DNA from: Camelus ferus
Lineage: Eukaryota
NCBI RefSeq assembly: GCF_009834535.1
Contig: NC_045696.1
Location: forward strand, 117,492,001-117,556,000
Direction of reading: 5' to 3'
DNA length: 64,000 nt
The notes under the pieces are model-generated. The model saw only the letters and a program-made list of their open reading frames with translations. It was not told the origin of the DNA and did no database searches. The translations under genes were made by a program, and so were the position numbers. Positions 63,640-64,000 of the stretch are shown piece after piece (position 1 is the stretch's first letter; each line of letters opens with the position of its first letter).

Positions 63640-64000
63640 TACTCATTTGTTGAAAAATATCAAGAAAATAGATAAGCAAAAATAATTTCATAATCCCAAC
63701 ACCCAGAAACGGATACCATTAACATTTGTCCTAGCTTCACTGAGATACAACTGACTCATTAACATTTTATAACGTATCATTTGTGTGTGTATATATGTAT
63801 ATATCTGAAGTATATGTGATCATTTTATACAAATTACTTTGTAACTTACTTTTTTCACTTAATGTTTCATATTTTTCACATCATTAAATATTTTCAACAT
63901 TATTTCCCTTGTGATAGTGAATGGAATTTTATAGATTAGATGTATTGTAAGTTATTAAACTAGTCTCTATGCTTGGACATTGAGGTGTTTCCCCGCAATG
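63640..64000 (-). mobile_element. L1ME-like 3' end fragment
   Basis: 'cataatcccaacacccaga', 'ttgtaacttactttttcacttaa', 'ttggacattgaggtgtttcc'. Confidence 0.5.

Noticed and set aside
1..64000. CRISPR arrays, prokaryotic operons or defence systems
   Set aside because: Sequence is mammalian; no repeat-spacer arrays or long ORFs are present

Overview
Mammalian genomic DNA, very probably camelid (alpaca/vicuna/camel). It holds eight copies of a ~120-150 bp tRNA-derived SINE matching the camelid Vic-1 type and many artiodactyl-type L1 3' ends. Much of the window is transposon debris: L1 of several ages, L2, MIR, MaLR/ERVL LTRs, Tigger and hAT DNA transposons, and a truncated class-I ERV with a MER41-related LTR. 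I recognise no protein-coding gene, structural RNA gene or CRISPR array. The listed ORFs are chance ORFs or L1/SINE read-through. I found no previously undescribed biological system that the sequence alone supports. The best leads are: (i) a small CpG island at ~41.6-41.9 kb with in-frame minus-strand splice sites downstream, a candidate unannotated lncRNA or micro-ORF gene; (ii) a MER41-related LTR with both STAT/GAS positions one base off consensus; (iii) nuclear-receptor DR1 elements at 30.0 and 42.9 kb; (iv) unusual retrotransposition footprints (triple target-site duplication, twin-primed L1, chimeric L1). Repeat family names come from recalled consensus similarity, not a database search, and boundaries are approximate unless a TSD is quoted.
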